From Parachlamydiales bacterium (GTDB taxonomy: Bacteria; Chlamydiota; Chlamydiia; Chlamydiales; SM23-39), in contig CAWDBT010000003.1 in assembly GCA_963800655.1 (NCBI GenBank), positions 137,008 to 201,007 of the forward strand: a stretch of 64,000 bases of DNA, read 5' to 3'. A program made the translations under genes and the position numbers. Every line of letters begins with the position of its first letter. Positions within the stretch are counted from its first letter, which is position 1. This document shows positions 1 through 9,062 of this stretch, one piece after another. The notes under the pieces were generated by a model. The model did no database searches and was not told where the DNA came from. It saw only the letters and a list, made by a program, of their open reading frames with translations.

Positions 1-212
1 AAATATCTAAAAATGGCTCGACGGTCTGAGAAATTTTGGACTGGTTTTGTGGAAGGCCAAAAACGAGCGATCGATTGGCAGCAAAAGCATTCCGAATTAT
101 TTATGTCTCCATGAACGGTGATTTTAGATGCAATTTCAGCTCTTGCAAAAAAATCGGTCTCGATTTTTGAAGAAGAGCTGTTAGAAAAATCACCTATAGA
201 AGGATGCCTCAT
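1..212 (-). CDS. Partial hypothetical protein running off the window start (MRHPSIGDFSNSSSSKIETDFF...ECFCCQSIARFW...)
   Basis: Read manually: ATG at 212, open frame to position 1. Ser-rich N-terminus, no recognisable domain. Confidence 0.45.
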   Translation of the reverse strand, partial: MRHPSIGDFSNSSSSKIETDFFARAEIASKITVHGDINNSECFCCQSIARFWPSTKPVQNFSDRRAIFRY

Positions 213-324
213 TCGACTTCGTGTAGTTGTTTATTCGAACCATTTGAAATCCACTTCCTATACAGGACTCATACCCCTCGGGAATACCGGGGGGCTTCGA
301 TGCTTAAGCCGAATAGAAAGATCC

Positions 325-355
325 TTGACCCTAACGTAACGTCATAGTTTATGCT
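325..355 (+). promoter_or_regulatory. MerR-type promoter/operator (TTGACC-19 bp-TATGCT)
   Basis: -35 TTGACC at 325-330 and -10 TATGCT at 350-355. The 19-bp spacer CTAACGTAACGTCATAGTT holds an imperfect dyad. It lies directly upstream of a MerR gene with an AAGGAG RBS. Confidence 0.85.
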
Positions 356-382
356 GGATGCCATTCCCTTTTAAGGAGCGGT

Positions 383-1156
383 ATGGCTTATACAGTGCAA
401 AAATTGGCAAAGATGTCGGGAGTCAGCATTCGGACGCTGCACTTCTATGATGAAATTGGATTGCTGAAGCCGGCTTATACCAAAGACAACGGGTATCGTT
501 ACTACGAGGAGAAGCAGCTTTTGCTTCTCCAGCAGGTTCTTTTCTTCAGAGAGCTTGGCTTTGAACTCAAGAAAATTCAACAGATTTTAGGAAAGGGGGA
601 CTTCGATAAAACAGCCTCTCTCCATTCCCATAGGAAAGTTTTGCAAGCAAAGATAGAGAGAACAAAGGAATTAATTAAAACCATTGATCATACAATCGAC
701 CACCTATCCGGAGGAAAAAAAATACAAGACCAAGAAATGTACAACGGATTTTTGACGGGAGAACAGCAAGCTGAGTATCAAAAATATTTAAAAAATCGCC
801 TTAAGCCGGACGATTCCAGTCTGGAGGAATGCGAAAACAATGTGAAAAACTGGACAAAAGCCGAATGGGAAAGGTCGTCCGAGGAATTCGATAGGATCTG
901 TAAAGCTCTATCAAAAGCGATGGGAATGGGGGCGAAAGTCGATGCTCCAGAAGTTCAAAGCATCGTAGCCTCGCACTACAAATGGATTAAAACATTCTGG
1001 GTGCCGAATCGAGAGTCCTACATAGGTTTAGGACTTGGATACATGGAGTTTGAATGGAAAAGAGCTTTTGCGCCCTATGATGCCGATCATCCTCGCCTGG
1101 CCAAATTTTTGGCGGAAGCGATGAAGGTTTTCGCCGAACATGAATTGTCTGAATAA
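383..1156 (+). CDS. MerR-family regulator, TipA/Mta type (HTH plus TipAS-like ligand domain)
   Basis: N-terminal YTVQKLAKMSGVSIRTLHFYDEIGLLKP...GYRYY. C-terminal PEVQSIVASHYKWI...LAKFLAEAMKVF is typical of TipAS domains. Confidence 0.9.
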   Translation: MAYTVQKLAKMSGVSIRTLHFYDEIGLLKPAYTKDNGYRYYEEKQLLLLQQVLFFRELGFELKKIQQILGKGDFDKTASLHSHRKVLQAKIERTKELIKTIDHTIDHLSGGKKIQDQEMYNGFLTGEQQAEYQKYLKNRLKPDDSSLEECENNVKNWTKAEWERSSEEFDRICKALSKAMGMGAKVDAPEVQSIVASHYKWIKTFWVPNRESYIGLGLGYMEFEWKRAFAPYDADHPRLAKFLAEAMKVFAEHELSE

Positions 1157-1165
1157 GAGAAAGAT

Positions 1166-2062
1166 ATGAAAATAGAACTCTGCAATACACTGGCTCTTTT
1201 TCAAGAGACTAAAGATCTGGACTTCAAAAGCCGGCAAATGGCTTGGCAAGAGCGCGTCATGGTTCCTTTTCAGCCCATGTTGCAAATGGTTCCGATGGAT
1301 TTTTCCGCGATGGGAGCTTGCGATATGAACACCGCTCCTAGCGTTTATGGCGCCAATATGGATGAGCTTCTAAAAGGCGATATCATCGGCAGAATCAAAG
1401 CTGCGTTAGAAAAAGCTTTTCAAGCGCTCAAAACAAGAGGCGATTTTCCCTTTCCAGAAACCTTGCAAGTGGGCGTTTTTATCAGCGATGGAAAAAATCG
1501 AGCCCATGATGAATTGAACCATGGCTTTACCGGATTTGGTGGCATCCCCGGGTTTATTGTCTTGATTTTATCTCCGACAGAATACGTTCTGAAAAGTCTC
1601 GAGGCTCTTGTGATTCATGAATTCCATCACAATATCAGGTTTCTCATCGAACCCTGGCCCCAAGACATGAATATCTCCGTGGGTAAATACCTTCTTGATG
1701 AAGGGATGGCGGAAGCTTTTGCGGCCGAATTATGCGAGGAATCCCGCATTGGGCCGCAGACGATCGGATTATCGGCAGAGGAGCTCTCAAAAGCGACGGA
1801 GATCATTTTGCCCCATGTGCAAGAAACGGGATTTCAAGTGGCGAGCAGTTACCTGTTCGGAGACGCGCTCGCAGATGCTCGAGGCTATCCCAAAACAGGG
1901 CTACCCCATGGAGCAGGCTATGCGGTTGGATATCGATTGATGAAAGAATATTTTGTAAAAACGGGCAAAAACATCTTTGACGCAACTCTGGAAAGTTCGG
2001 AGCGTATTTTAAAAGAAATCGGAGTCGTTAAGGCACAACCCATCGACTCTAGCCATCTATAA
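1166..2062 (+). CDS. DUF2268 (YjaZ-like) predicted Zn-dependent protease
   Basis: GFGGIPG, HEFHH zinc motif, DEGMAEAFA, GAGYAVGY. Starts 9 bp after the MerR gene. Confidence 0.85.
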   Translation: MKIELCNTLALFQETKDLDFKSRQMAWQERVMVPFQPMLQMVPMDFSAMGACDMNTAPSVYGANMDELLKGDIIGRIKAALEKAFQALKTRGDFPFPETLQVGVFISDGKNRAHDELNHGFTGFGGIPGFIVLILSPTEYVLKSLEALVIHEFHHNIRFLIEPWPQDMNISVGKYLLDEGMAEAFAAELCEESRIGPQTIGLSAEELSKATEIILPHVQETGFQVASSYLFGDALADARGYPKTGLPHGAGYAVGYRLMKEYFVKTGKNIFDATLESSERILKEIGVVKAQPIDSSHL

Positions 2063-2164
2063 CGCGTGCAGTGTTGTCGATGTAAAGAAGGCGCTTTGAG
2101 TGTTCAGAATCACTGAGTTGCGAGACATGTTTTTTGTCTAGTAAGAGCCTATTTGACCGGCGGG

Positions 2165-2854
2165 TTAGTAGCTTCCGTACCAAAAAAACACTTGGGTTCT
2201 ATGTTCATAGGAGAAATTTGCATTTGCACCAGGATATTGATATAAGATCCCTGCAGAAATGAAACTTTGACTCAAGAAAAATCCAAGAGAGGGATTGTTT
2301 TTGACGGGATAAATAAAGACATCACTTATGAGCCCATGAGGCTTTATGGTTTTACTAATCTGAATAAGTCGAGAGCCTATCCCTATTCTTGCATAGCCAG
2401 GTCTTACTCCAATTTGTTCGATATAACCTACATCTGGATCGGAGAGCCAATCATGAAGAGTCGATAAATCAATCATTGTCTCAAATCGTCCTGTAAGCTC
2501 ATTTTGATACAGTTCCTCAAATTCGGTGGCTACTGTGAGAATGACATAACCAAGGAGAGTTTGATCGAGATAAGCGCAAATAATTCGACCCTCTTTTTTT
2601 TCGAGAAGAGAAGTAATATATTTTGGAGTCATAGGAACTAATAAAAAACCATTCTGCAGAAATGATTCAGGAATCTCAGAAGGACAAACAATGAGAGATT
2701 TTTGAAGCGACAGTAGATCGAGGACTATCTTTTCATAGGAAGAAGTATTTTTATCAATAACTACAAATCTAGGAGGAATTTCTGGGCGTGGTTGTGTTGT
2801 CGATGCAGTCGTAAAATAAAATAATGAAACTAAAAGAAAAAAAATATTTTTCAT
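2165..2854 (-). CDS. GNAT-family acetyltransferase with putative signal peptide
   Basis: YIEQIGVRPGYARIGIGSRLI acetyl-CoA motif A and NNPSLGFF motif. Hydrophobic N-terminus MKNIFFLLVSLFYFTTAS. Confidence 0.75.
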   Translation of the reverse strand: MKNIFFLLVSLFYFTTASTTQPRPEIPPRFVVIDKNTSSYEKIVLDLLSLQKSLIVCPSEIPESFLQNGFLLVPMTPKYITSLLEKKEGRIICAYLDQTLLGYVILTVATEFEELYQNELTGRFETMIDLSTLHDWLSDPDVGYIEQIGVRPGYARIGIGSRLIQISKTIKPHGLISDVFIYPVKNNPSLGFFLSQSFISAGILYQYPGANANFSYEHRTQVFFWYGSY

Positions 2855-2900
2855 CTGGCGTTGCTTATGTGGAAGAGGAAATTGTAGTTTGAGGAATTAA

Positions 2901-3080
2901 GAGGGTGTCTACAAAGTCTCTTCATAGGGCAGACATCCGTCGCAACATCAGCCTAATTCCTGTCATGTAAATCATCGATTCACTGGTAGTGGTTCGGTAT
3001 TCATAGTCTTTAGTCAATCTGCGATATCGATCTGCGGATCAGATTTTAACCCATTCCCAAAGATGCTTCTTGCCTTTCTC
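2901..3080 (-). mobile_element. IS5-family (IS1031/IS427-like) remnant: transposase C-terminal fragment plus terminal inverted repeat
   Basis: Minus strand about 3031-2922 reads DRYRRLTKDYEYRTTTSESMIYMTGIRLMLRRMSAL*, the typical IS5 transposase C-terminus. TIR-like GAGGGTGTCTACAAAG at 2901-2916 is preceded by TAA. Upstream boundary is approximate. Confidence 0.8.
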
Positions 3081-3209
3081 CCATGAGTTTTGACTTCTAT
3101 CGCCTGTCCTCGATCCTGAATATCCCTTATTCGATATACCGAGAGAAGGCGATCGTCGGGATCAACAATATCACCCTCCCTAGCTTGGCTGGATTTGTGA
3201 TAAAACTCA

Positions 3210-3641
3210 TTAATCGGCTAGCAGTTGGCTTGCCAAATCTTTGGCCAACTTTCCATCGACTGTAGGGTTGATCTTCATGATGCTTTTCATCACGAGTCCT
3301 AGCTCTTTTTTTGTCTTGGCTCCGGATTCCGCGATTGCCTGTAATACGATTTTTTTTGTTTCTTCCACGGAAAGCGCTTTAGGCAAAAATTCCTGAACGA
3401 TCTCTATTTCTCTTTCCAATTGCTTCACCATCTCGGGGCGGCTCACGGCTTGATCGCGAGCTTCTTGTAGGTTGCCGAGGTAAGTTTTGAATAGTTTGAT
3501 CACTTCGGAATCGGGAAGATTCGCTCTAGCGTCAACGGCCAAGATTTTCGATTTAAGCATGCGAAGGGTGTTGAGTCTAATCTGGTCTTGACTTCGGATA
3601 GCTTCCTTGAGTTCAAGGTTGATTTTTTCGATCAGAGTCAT
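3210..3641 (-). CDS. GatB/YqeY domain protein
   Basis: LKEAIRSQDQIRLNTLRMLKS, EIEIVQEFLPKALS, KELGLVMK, DGKLA. Confidence 0.9.
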   Translation of the reverse strand: MTLIEKINLELKEAIRSQDQIRLNTLRMLKSKILAVDARANLPDSEVIKLFKTYLGNLQEARDQAVSRPEMVKQLEREIEIVQEFLPKALSVEETKKIVLQAIAESGAKTKKELGLVMKSIMKINPTVDGKLAKDLASQLLAD

Positions 3642-3879
3642 AATTATCTCGCTTTGATTGGTTTATGTATTTTGAGTTAAAAACAGATTAAATCAGTTTG
3701 TGATTTTTCCCAATTGAAAATTCAGAATGCGATCTTCGTTGTTATGGGCTAGGAACCGAGCCTTGGCCCTTGGTTCGTCGATGGCGACGAGTTTGTAGAG
3801 AGCGTGTAATCCAGCACTTTTCCTTTGGATTCATGGCGAATCGTTCCTTCGATGAAGGTCTTTCATAGGCTCGATTCGA

Positions 3880-4416
3880 TTATGCCAATTTTTTGGCTTT
3901 CCAGAGGCCTTCTGTTGATACAGAAAAATGAACGGGAACACAATTGTCGATCACCCAGTCGTGCTCGACTTGCATAAAGCAGCAAATGGCCCAATGGATT
4001 CCTCCGTGAGCCACAATTAAAACAGGGCCTTCTTTTGAAAGGGCTTCATTCACTCCGATGCGCACTTTTTGCATGAAGCTGAATACCGGCTCCTCTAAGT
4101 GAGAAATGGCCGATGGGCCCAAACCGGTCATTTCTTTCCAGATTTGTTGGGTGCATTCCGAGAGATTGCTCAATTCATGCTGGGCGATCGATCCAAGTCT
4201 GCTGCAGCAGATATCTTTGGTTTGTTTGGCTCTTTTGAGAGGGCTGAAGCAGATATTTTTAACGGGCAATGTCGCGATGAGAGGCTCTATTGCATGAGCC
4301 TGAACGATGCCGGTTTCGTTCAAAGGGATGTCCTCGACATTTCTTTTTACAAAAGGATTTAAATTCGAATCTGTTTGCCCATGGCGGATAAAATAAAATT
4401 CCTTTTTAAGAAGCAT
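3880..4416 (-). CDS. Histidine phosphatase (phosphoglycerate mutase family)
   Basis: RHGQT, PLNETG, SPLKRAKQT, LIVAHGG. Confidence 0.9.
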   Translation of the reverse strand: MLLKKEFYFIRHGQTDSNLNPFVKRNVEDIPLNETGIVQAHAIEPLIATLPVKNICFSPLKRAKQTKDICCSRLGSIAQHELSNLSECTQQIWKEMTGLGPSAISHLEEPVFSFMQKVRIGVNEALSKEGPVLIVAHGGIHWAICCFMQVEHDWVIDNCVPVHFSVSTEGLWKAKKLA

Positions 4417-4767
4417 GTCCGGAGTTCCTCTAAGGTGTCATTGATGCGCATATTATAGCCCTCTTAGTTCTTTTTCGCTAGAAAGAGATGGTGTTTGCAG
4501 ATTGAGGTTGTTTCGGTTTTCCCTCGATCAAAATCCTATGTATTCGAGTCAACAGTTTGACTTGCATGCGAACCAGGCTCATCTGGAAGCTGGCCTGTTC
4601 ATGAGGGAATCGCTTCTCATATTCTCCATCGAAGGGGTTTCTAAAATTTCTTTAAAAAAAAGAAAAAAGATTTTACAATCGATGCTCTTATATCGATCGC
4701 GGCTTTGAAAAAATGAGAAGTTGGGCGATTCACTCTCAATTGATTAAGAAATAAATCGGGATATACG

Positions 4768-5769
4768 ATGCGAAAATATGTGATTTGCCTTTTGCTTTTG
4801 TGTTCTGCGCTTTCCGCAGAGGATAAACGGGTTCTTTATCCGGCTATTGAGCCGAATCAAACGGGGTATTTGCCGGAGCAGGGAGGCCATCGGATTTATT
4901 GGGAAGAATCCGGAAATCCGAATGGGAAACCGATTTTACTTGTCCAAGGGGGACCGGGAATCGGAACATATCCTTACCAACGATCGTTTTTTAATCCCGA
5001 GAAGTATCGAATTATTTTATTCGATCAGAGAGGATGCGGGAAAAGCTTGCCATTTTCCGAACTGAAAAATAATACCACTTGGGATCTGATCGGCGATATT
5101 GAACGGCTAAGGGAACATTTAGGGATCAAGAACTGGCTTGTCTTTGGTGGGTCGTGGGGAAGCACCTTAGGGCTTTCCTATGCGATTCAACATCCGGAGG
5201 CGGTCAATGGGTTGGTTTTGCGAGGCATCTTCCTTTGCAGGCCAAAAGAAATTTATTGGTACTACCAAAACGGAGCGAATCATATTTTCCCCGATCTTTG
5301 GGAATATTATGTCGCGCCGATTCCCGAGGAAGAAAGAGGCGACTTCGTCCGTGCGTTTTACAAGAGGCTGACTTCGGCCGATCCCGAGGTGCGAAAAGCC
5401 GCTGCCCAGGCGTGGGCCGGATGGGAAGGAGGAACGTCGAAATTGCTGTTCGATCCCTCTCTGTTGGCTACCCTTACCGACGATGCAACGGCCGATGCCA
5501 TTGCCCGGATCGAATGCCACTATTTTATCAACAATGTGTTTTTCGATACCGACAATTGGATTTTAGAGAATATCAACGCCATTCGGCATATCCCATGCGT
5601 CATCGTCCAAGGGCGATATGATGTGACTTGCCCGATCATCAGCGCTTGGGATCTTCATCGCGCATGGCCAGAGGCTCAATTGGAAATTATCCCCGATGCG
5701 GGGCATGTTGAGACCGAAGCGGGCATTATGGATGCGCTCATTCGAGCGACCGATCGTTTTGCAGATTGA
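4768..5769 (+). CDS. pip: Proline iminopeptidase with putative signal peptide
   Basis: GGPG, FDQRGCGKS, GGSWG nucleophile, QGRYD, DAGH. N-terminus MRKYVICLLLLCSALSA. Confidence 0.92.
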   Translation: MRKYVICLLLLCSALSAEDKRVLYPAIEPNQTGYLPEQGGHRIYWEESGNPNGKPILLVQGGPGIGTYPYQRSFFNPEKYRIILFDQRGCGKSLPFSELKNNTTWDLIGDIERLREHLGIKNWLVFGGSWGSTLGLSYAIQHPEAVNGLVLRGIFLCRPKEIYWYYQNGANHIFPDLWEYYVAPIPEEERGDFVRAFYKRLTSADPEVRKAAAQAWAGWEGGTSKLLFDPSLLATLTDDATADAIARIECHYFINNVFFDTDNWILENINAIRHIPCVIVQGRYDVTCPIISAWDLHRAWPEAQLEIIPDAGHVETEAGIMDALIRATDRFAD

Positions 5770-5848
5770 ATCAAAGCTCTTGGGGCACATCTGGATGCCC
5801 CAAGAGCTTTTCTAGTTTTGGATGCCGCGCGCATGGCGCGATGAATTT

Positions 5849-6547
5849 TTATCCAACGTTGAAAAAATGGCTTAATGCTAGGCGGTTCACACAGTACCAA
5901 AGAGAAACCCGCGAAAATTCTGCTAAAAACCCTTGTGGAATTGTTGGATCAAAGTTTGTCATAGCAAAAAACCCTTCAGACATAAGATGTGTAAGCAAAT
6001 TTGCGGCTGTAATCATTATCAAGGTACAGCCTACCAAGGCTCGAGGGACGTTTCCTCGAAGGTTTGCACCAGGGAACCCGTGTTGAACAAAATGAAAAAA
6101 AGCGTTACTTAGCGCTACAGTTAGTCCTGCATCAATCGCTGTCGCTGCGTTCGGATCGATTATTAAATCTTGAATTGTGAAATGCCCCGCTCCGATCGGA
6201 TAAGAGAAGACGAGAGCGAAAAGCAATCCGCATGCGAAGGATTCGATCGACAAGTTCCTTATTTTTCGATCTATGATCGACTCTGGAGTAATGAGCGGTT
6301 GAGAAGGCGACTGGCATAAATCGCATAGGGTGCGCTCTCCCAAGTTCAATCGTTGGTCATCCCAGGCTTCTTTGCATTTTTTACAATAAATGTGCGCTAC
6401 GCGAGCTGCTGTTTCGTGAGCTACCAAAGCGGTGTTTTCTTGTTTGAGTTCTTTGGCAGTTTTCAGACAGATGGCGCAAACAGGATCTTCCGAAGATAAG
6501 TTTAAATTGCTTGTTGAATAAGGATTAAAGATAATTAGAGATGACAT
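5849..6547 (-). CDS. RING-finger-like protein with C-terminal hydrophobic segments (putative E3 ligase effector)
   Basis: CAIC...H...HIYCKKC...W...CDLC zinc-ligand pattern followed by 3-4 hydrophobic stretches. Confidence 0.65.
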   Translation of the reverse strand: MSSLIIFNPYSTSNLNLSSEDPVCAICLKTAKELKQENTALVAHETAARVAHIYCKKCKEAWDDQRLNLGERTLCDLCQSPSQPLITPESIIDRKIRNLSIESFACGLLFALVFSYPIGAGHFTIQDLIIDPNAATAIDAGLTVALSNAFFHFVQHGFPGANLRGNVPRALVGCTLIMITAANLLTHLMSEGFFAMTNFDPTIPQGFLAEFSRVSLWYCVNRLALSHFFNVG

Positions 6548-6777
6548 TTTTCGTTCCTTTTATTACTTCATTTGTTTTATTAAATTATATAGATAATTAA
6601 ATTTATTGTAAATACATAGGTTGTTTTTGTGGCTGGTTGTTTTAAAGATATTTTTAGTAATTATTTTTTACTCTTGCCGAGGGTTTGAGAGAATCGAGTG
6701 TTTTTTGTATGATTATGGGTCGTGATTTTTAAATTTAAATTTTCATTGTGGGTTTTATTTTAATTTGAAGAGGCCTT

Positions 6778-7974
6778 ATGAGCAGTCGTATAAAAATGCA
6801 AGCAATGGAGATTCGTCATCTGGAATTGCCTGAAGAGGAATCCCTCGGCTTGGAAACAAGCCAGATGGGAGATAGAACGATCCGCGTACTGATTCAGGGA
6901 AGTTCGGAAACTATTCCTAGGACTCCTCAAATATCCACGAACGATAAGGTAAGCGCAGAGTGGGAGCAACTTCTCGATCCGATTCGATCTGCAGCTCAAA
7001 GTCTTTCCGAAGGGCAGTATTTTTCTCGCAAGACGGTGAGTTATCTAATCGGGTTTTTCCGCGATAAGGAGTTGGCTGCGATCCAGAAACTCGGTGCCGG
7101 GAAATTCGGATCTGTCTATCGGCTTTTATTTCGAGATAACTCCTCAGTCGCTCTTAAAATTCAAGACGCTTTGATAGACTCGGAAGGTCTTAAAAAATAT
7201 CAGGTCTTTAATCCTTTGCGAGGGGATTGTGTGTCGTCCAGATTAGCTCCTGAACTTGAAACTTCTCCGGATGCAATCGTTTATTGCGGCGCAACCAATG
7301 CTCAGATCGCCATGGTCATGCCATTTATAGAAGGAAAAGATCTGGGAGAAATATTGAAAGACCGCTTTCTATCGGGACTGAATCCGCTGGAGATCTGTTT
7401 GCAAATAGCTGAAATCTTAAAAGTTCTGCACGAAAAATCAATTGAACACAGGGATTTAAAGCCTCGCAATATAATGGTTCGAACGGATGGGGCGGTCGCT
7501 TTAATCGACTTTGGAATCGCGAAATCTTATCAAACTGGCGACGAACCCGAAAGTCCGGTTGGAACCGATCCGTATAAAGCCCCTGAAAGAGAATCGAGAA
7601 CCAGGCTGGAAGGTCCTATTGGGCAAGCCGATATTTGGAGCTTGGGCATTGTTCTTAGCGAGCTTTTATTGGGAAAAGGTCGATTTCCTTTTAAGGCCTA
7701 TGAATTCGTTTTAATGGCGCAAGAGAAGAGACGAAATATAAGCAGTTGCTTGAAGCAGGAAGCCTTAGAGAGCATACGATGTCCGGAAGTCAAAGAGCTG
7801 ATGATCGAAATGTTAGATTTGCAAAAGCGTCCATCGGCAGATGAAGTCATCTCGAGGCTCCAAGAAATCCTCCGTGCGCCATCTCCTTATTCGACGGCAT
7901 CGAGATTTACAATTGAAACCGAAGGTTCCATAGGCACTAAACCGAGTTCCGATGCGCTTGAAAACGAAATCTAG
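6778..7974 (+). CDS. Eukaryotic-like Ser/Thr protein kinase
   Basis: LGAGKFGSVY, VALK, HRDLKPRN, DFG, GTDPYKAPE, DIWSLG. Confidence 0.9.
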   Translation: MSSRIKMQAMEIRHLELPEEESLGLETSQMGDRTIRVLIQGSSETIPRTPQISTNDKVSAEWEQLLDPIRSAAQSLSEGQYFSRKTVSYLIGFFRDKELAAIQKLGAGKFGSVYRLLFRDNSSVALKIQDALIDSEGLKKYQVFNPLRGDCVSSRLAPELETSPDAIVYCGATNAQIAMVMPFIEGKDLGEILKDRFLSGLNPLEICLQIAEILKVLHEKSIEHRDLKPRNIMVRTDGAVALIDFGIAKSYQTGDEPESPVGTDPYKAPERESRTRLEGPIGQADIWSLGIVLSELLLGKGRFPFKAYEFVLMAQEKRRNISSCLKQEALESIRCPEVKELMIEMLDLQKRPSADEVISRLQEILRAPSPYSTASRFTIETEGSIGTKPSSDALENEI

Positions 7975-8149
7975 CGGGGGGATCTCCGATTTCCTCGAGA
8001 CAAGTTCTTCTATTGAGGTTGAGGATTTTCTAAGGCGCTCTTAGTCGCTTCAAGATGGTCGGATTGCAAAAATTTCTCAAAAAACTTTTCCAATAGATCT
8101 GTTGCAATTATAATCGATTGCTTTCTGAAAAAATCCAATGGAGAAGAAG

Positions 8150-9013
8150 ATGAAGAAACTCGCCTTTTTTACAGCGCTTGTTTCGACGGCATGCGGTTTT
8201 GCCGTCGAATGGCCGGATTCCCCCCATCCATATGGGATCTCTGCTATCGATCCGCGATTGGAGGAATTAGGCAAAGATTTAAAGATGCCTGCGGTTTCCG
8301 AATCGGGATTAGTGCAAACCCTTAATTCCGGAGGGGGAGCTATGCTGATTCATCTGGATCCTTTTAGCGCAGAGTTTGTGGAATTTGCCAAGACTTGCTC
8401 CTCGCCGATTTTAGACATCGGAGCTGCATTCGGAGCCGCGACGGTTCCCGCTTTGAAAGCATCTCAGTGCTGTGTGATTGCGGATGATATTGGAAAGGAA
8501 AATCTCCTCGTTTTGCGCAAGCAGGCAGACGAAAGAGATAGGGATCGGCTTTATTTGAATGAGAAGAGATTTCCTCAGGAGTTGGAGTTCGCTGCGGGTA
8601 GCTTGCAAGCAGTCCTGGCGTGCCGTCTATTCCACTTTTTACGCGGGGACGAAATCGACGAGGGATTAAAGAAGATTTTCGATTGGCTTGTGCCTGGAGG
8701 AAAATTGTTTGTCATCACATCAACTCCTTACCAAGGGGTGATCAAGGAATTTGTCCCAATTTATGAGGAGAGATGGGCGAATGGAGTTCGATGGCCCGGG
8801 CATGTAGAGGATTACGGCAATGCTTCGAAAGCCGTTTATTCGAATTTACATGCATTTTTGCACGTGATGGATGAGAGGCCTTTAAGACGCGCATTGGAAG
8901 AGGCTGGATTCGAAATCGAACGGATCGGTTTAATCGATCGGCGCAAGACGATTCCTACCCTGAGTTGGGATGGAAGAGAAGGAATTGGGGTCATCGCTAT
9001 AAAACCTCGGTAA
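8150..9013 (+). CDS. Class I SAM-dependent methyltransferase with signal peptide (paralog 1)
   Basis: ILDIGAAFG motif I, LFHFL, LVPGGKLFV. GGAG RBS favours the ATG at 8150. Confidence 0.8.
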   Translation: MKKLAFFTALVSTACGFAVEWPDSPHPYGISAIDPRLEELGKDLKMPAVSESGLVQTLNSGGGAMLIHLDPFSAEFVEFAKTCSSPILDIGAAFGAATVPALKASQCCVIADDIGKENLLVLRKQADERDRDRLYLNEKRFPQELEFAAGSLQAVLACRLFHFLRGDEIDEGLKKIFDWLVPGGKLFVITSTPYQGVIKEFVPIYEERWANGVRWPGHVEDYGNASKAVYSNLHAFLHVMDERPLRRALEEAGFEIERIGLIDRRKTIPTLSWDGREGIGVIAIKPR

Positions 9014-9062
9014 TTCCATGGACTTGCCGATTGGATTTTTTTTTAAAAAGAAGAGGAGTGAG

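Noticed and set aside
3700-3879. Intergenic stretch with a small hairpin and short open frames
   Set aside because: No convincing start, motif or repeat match.
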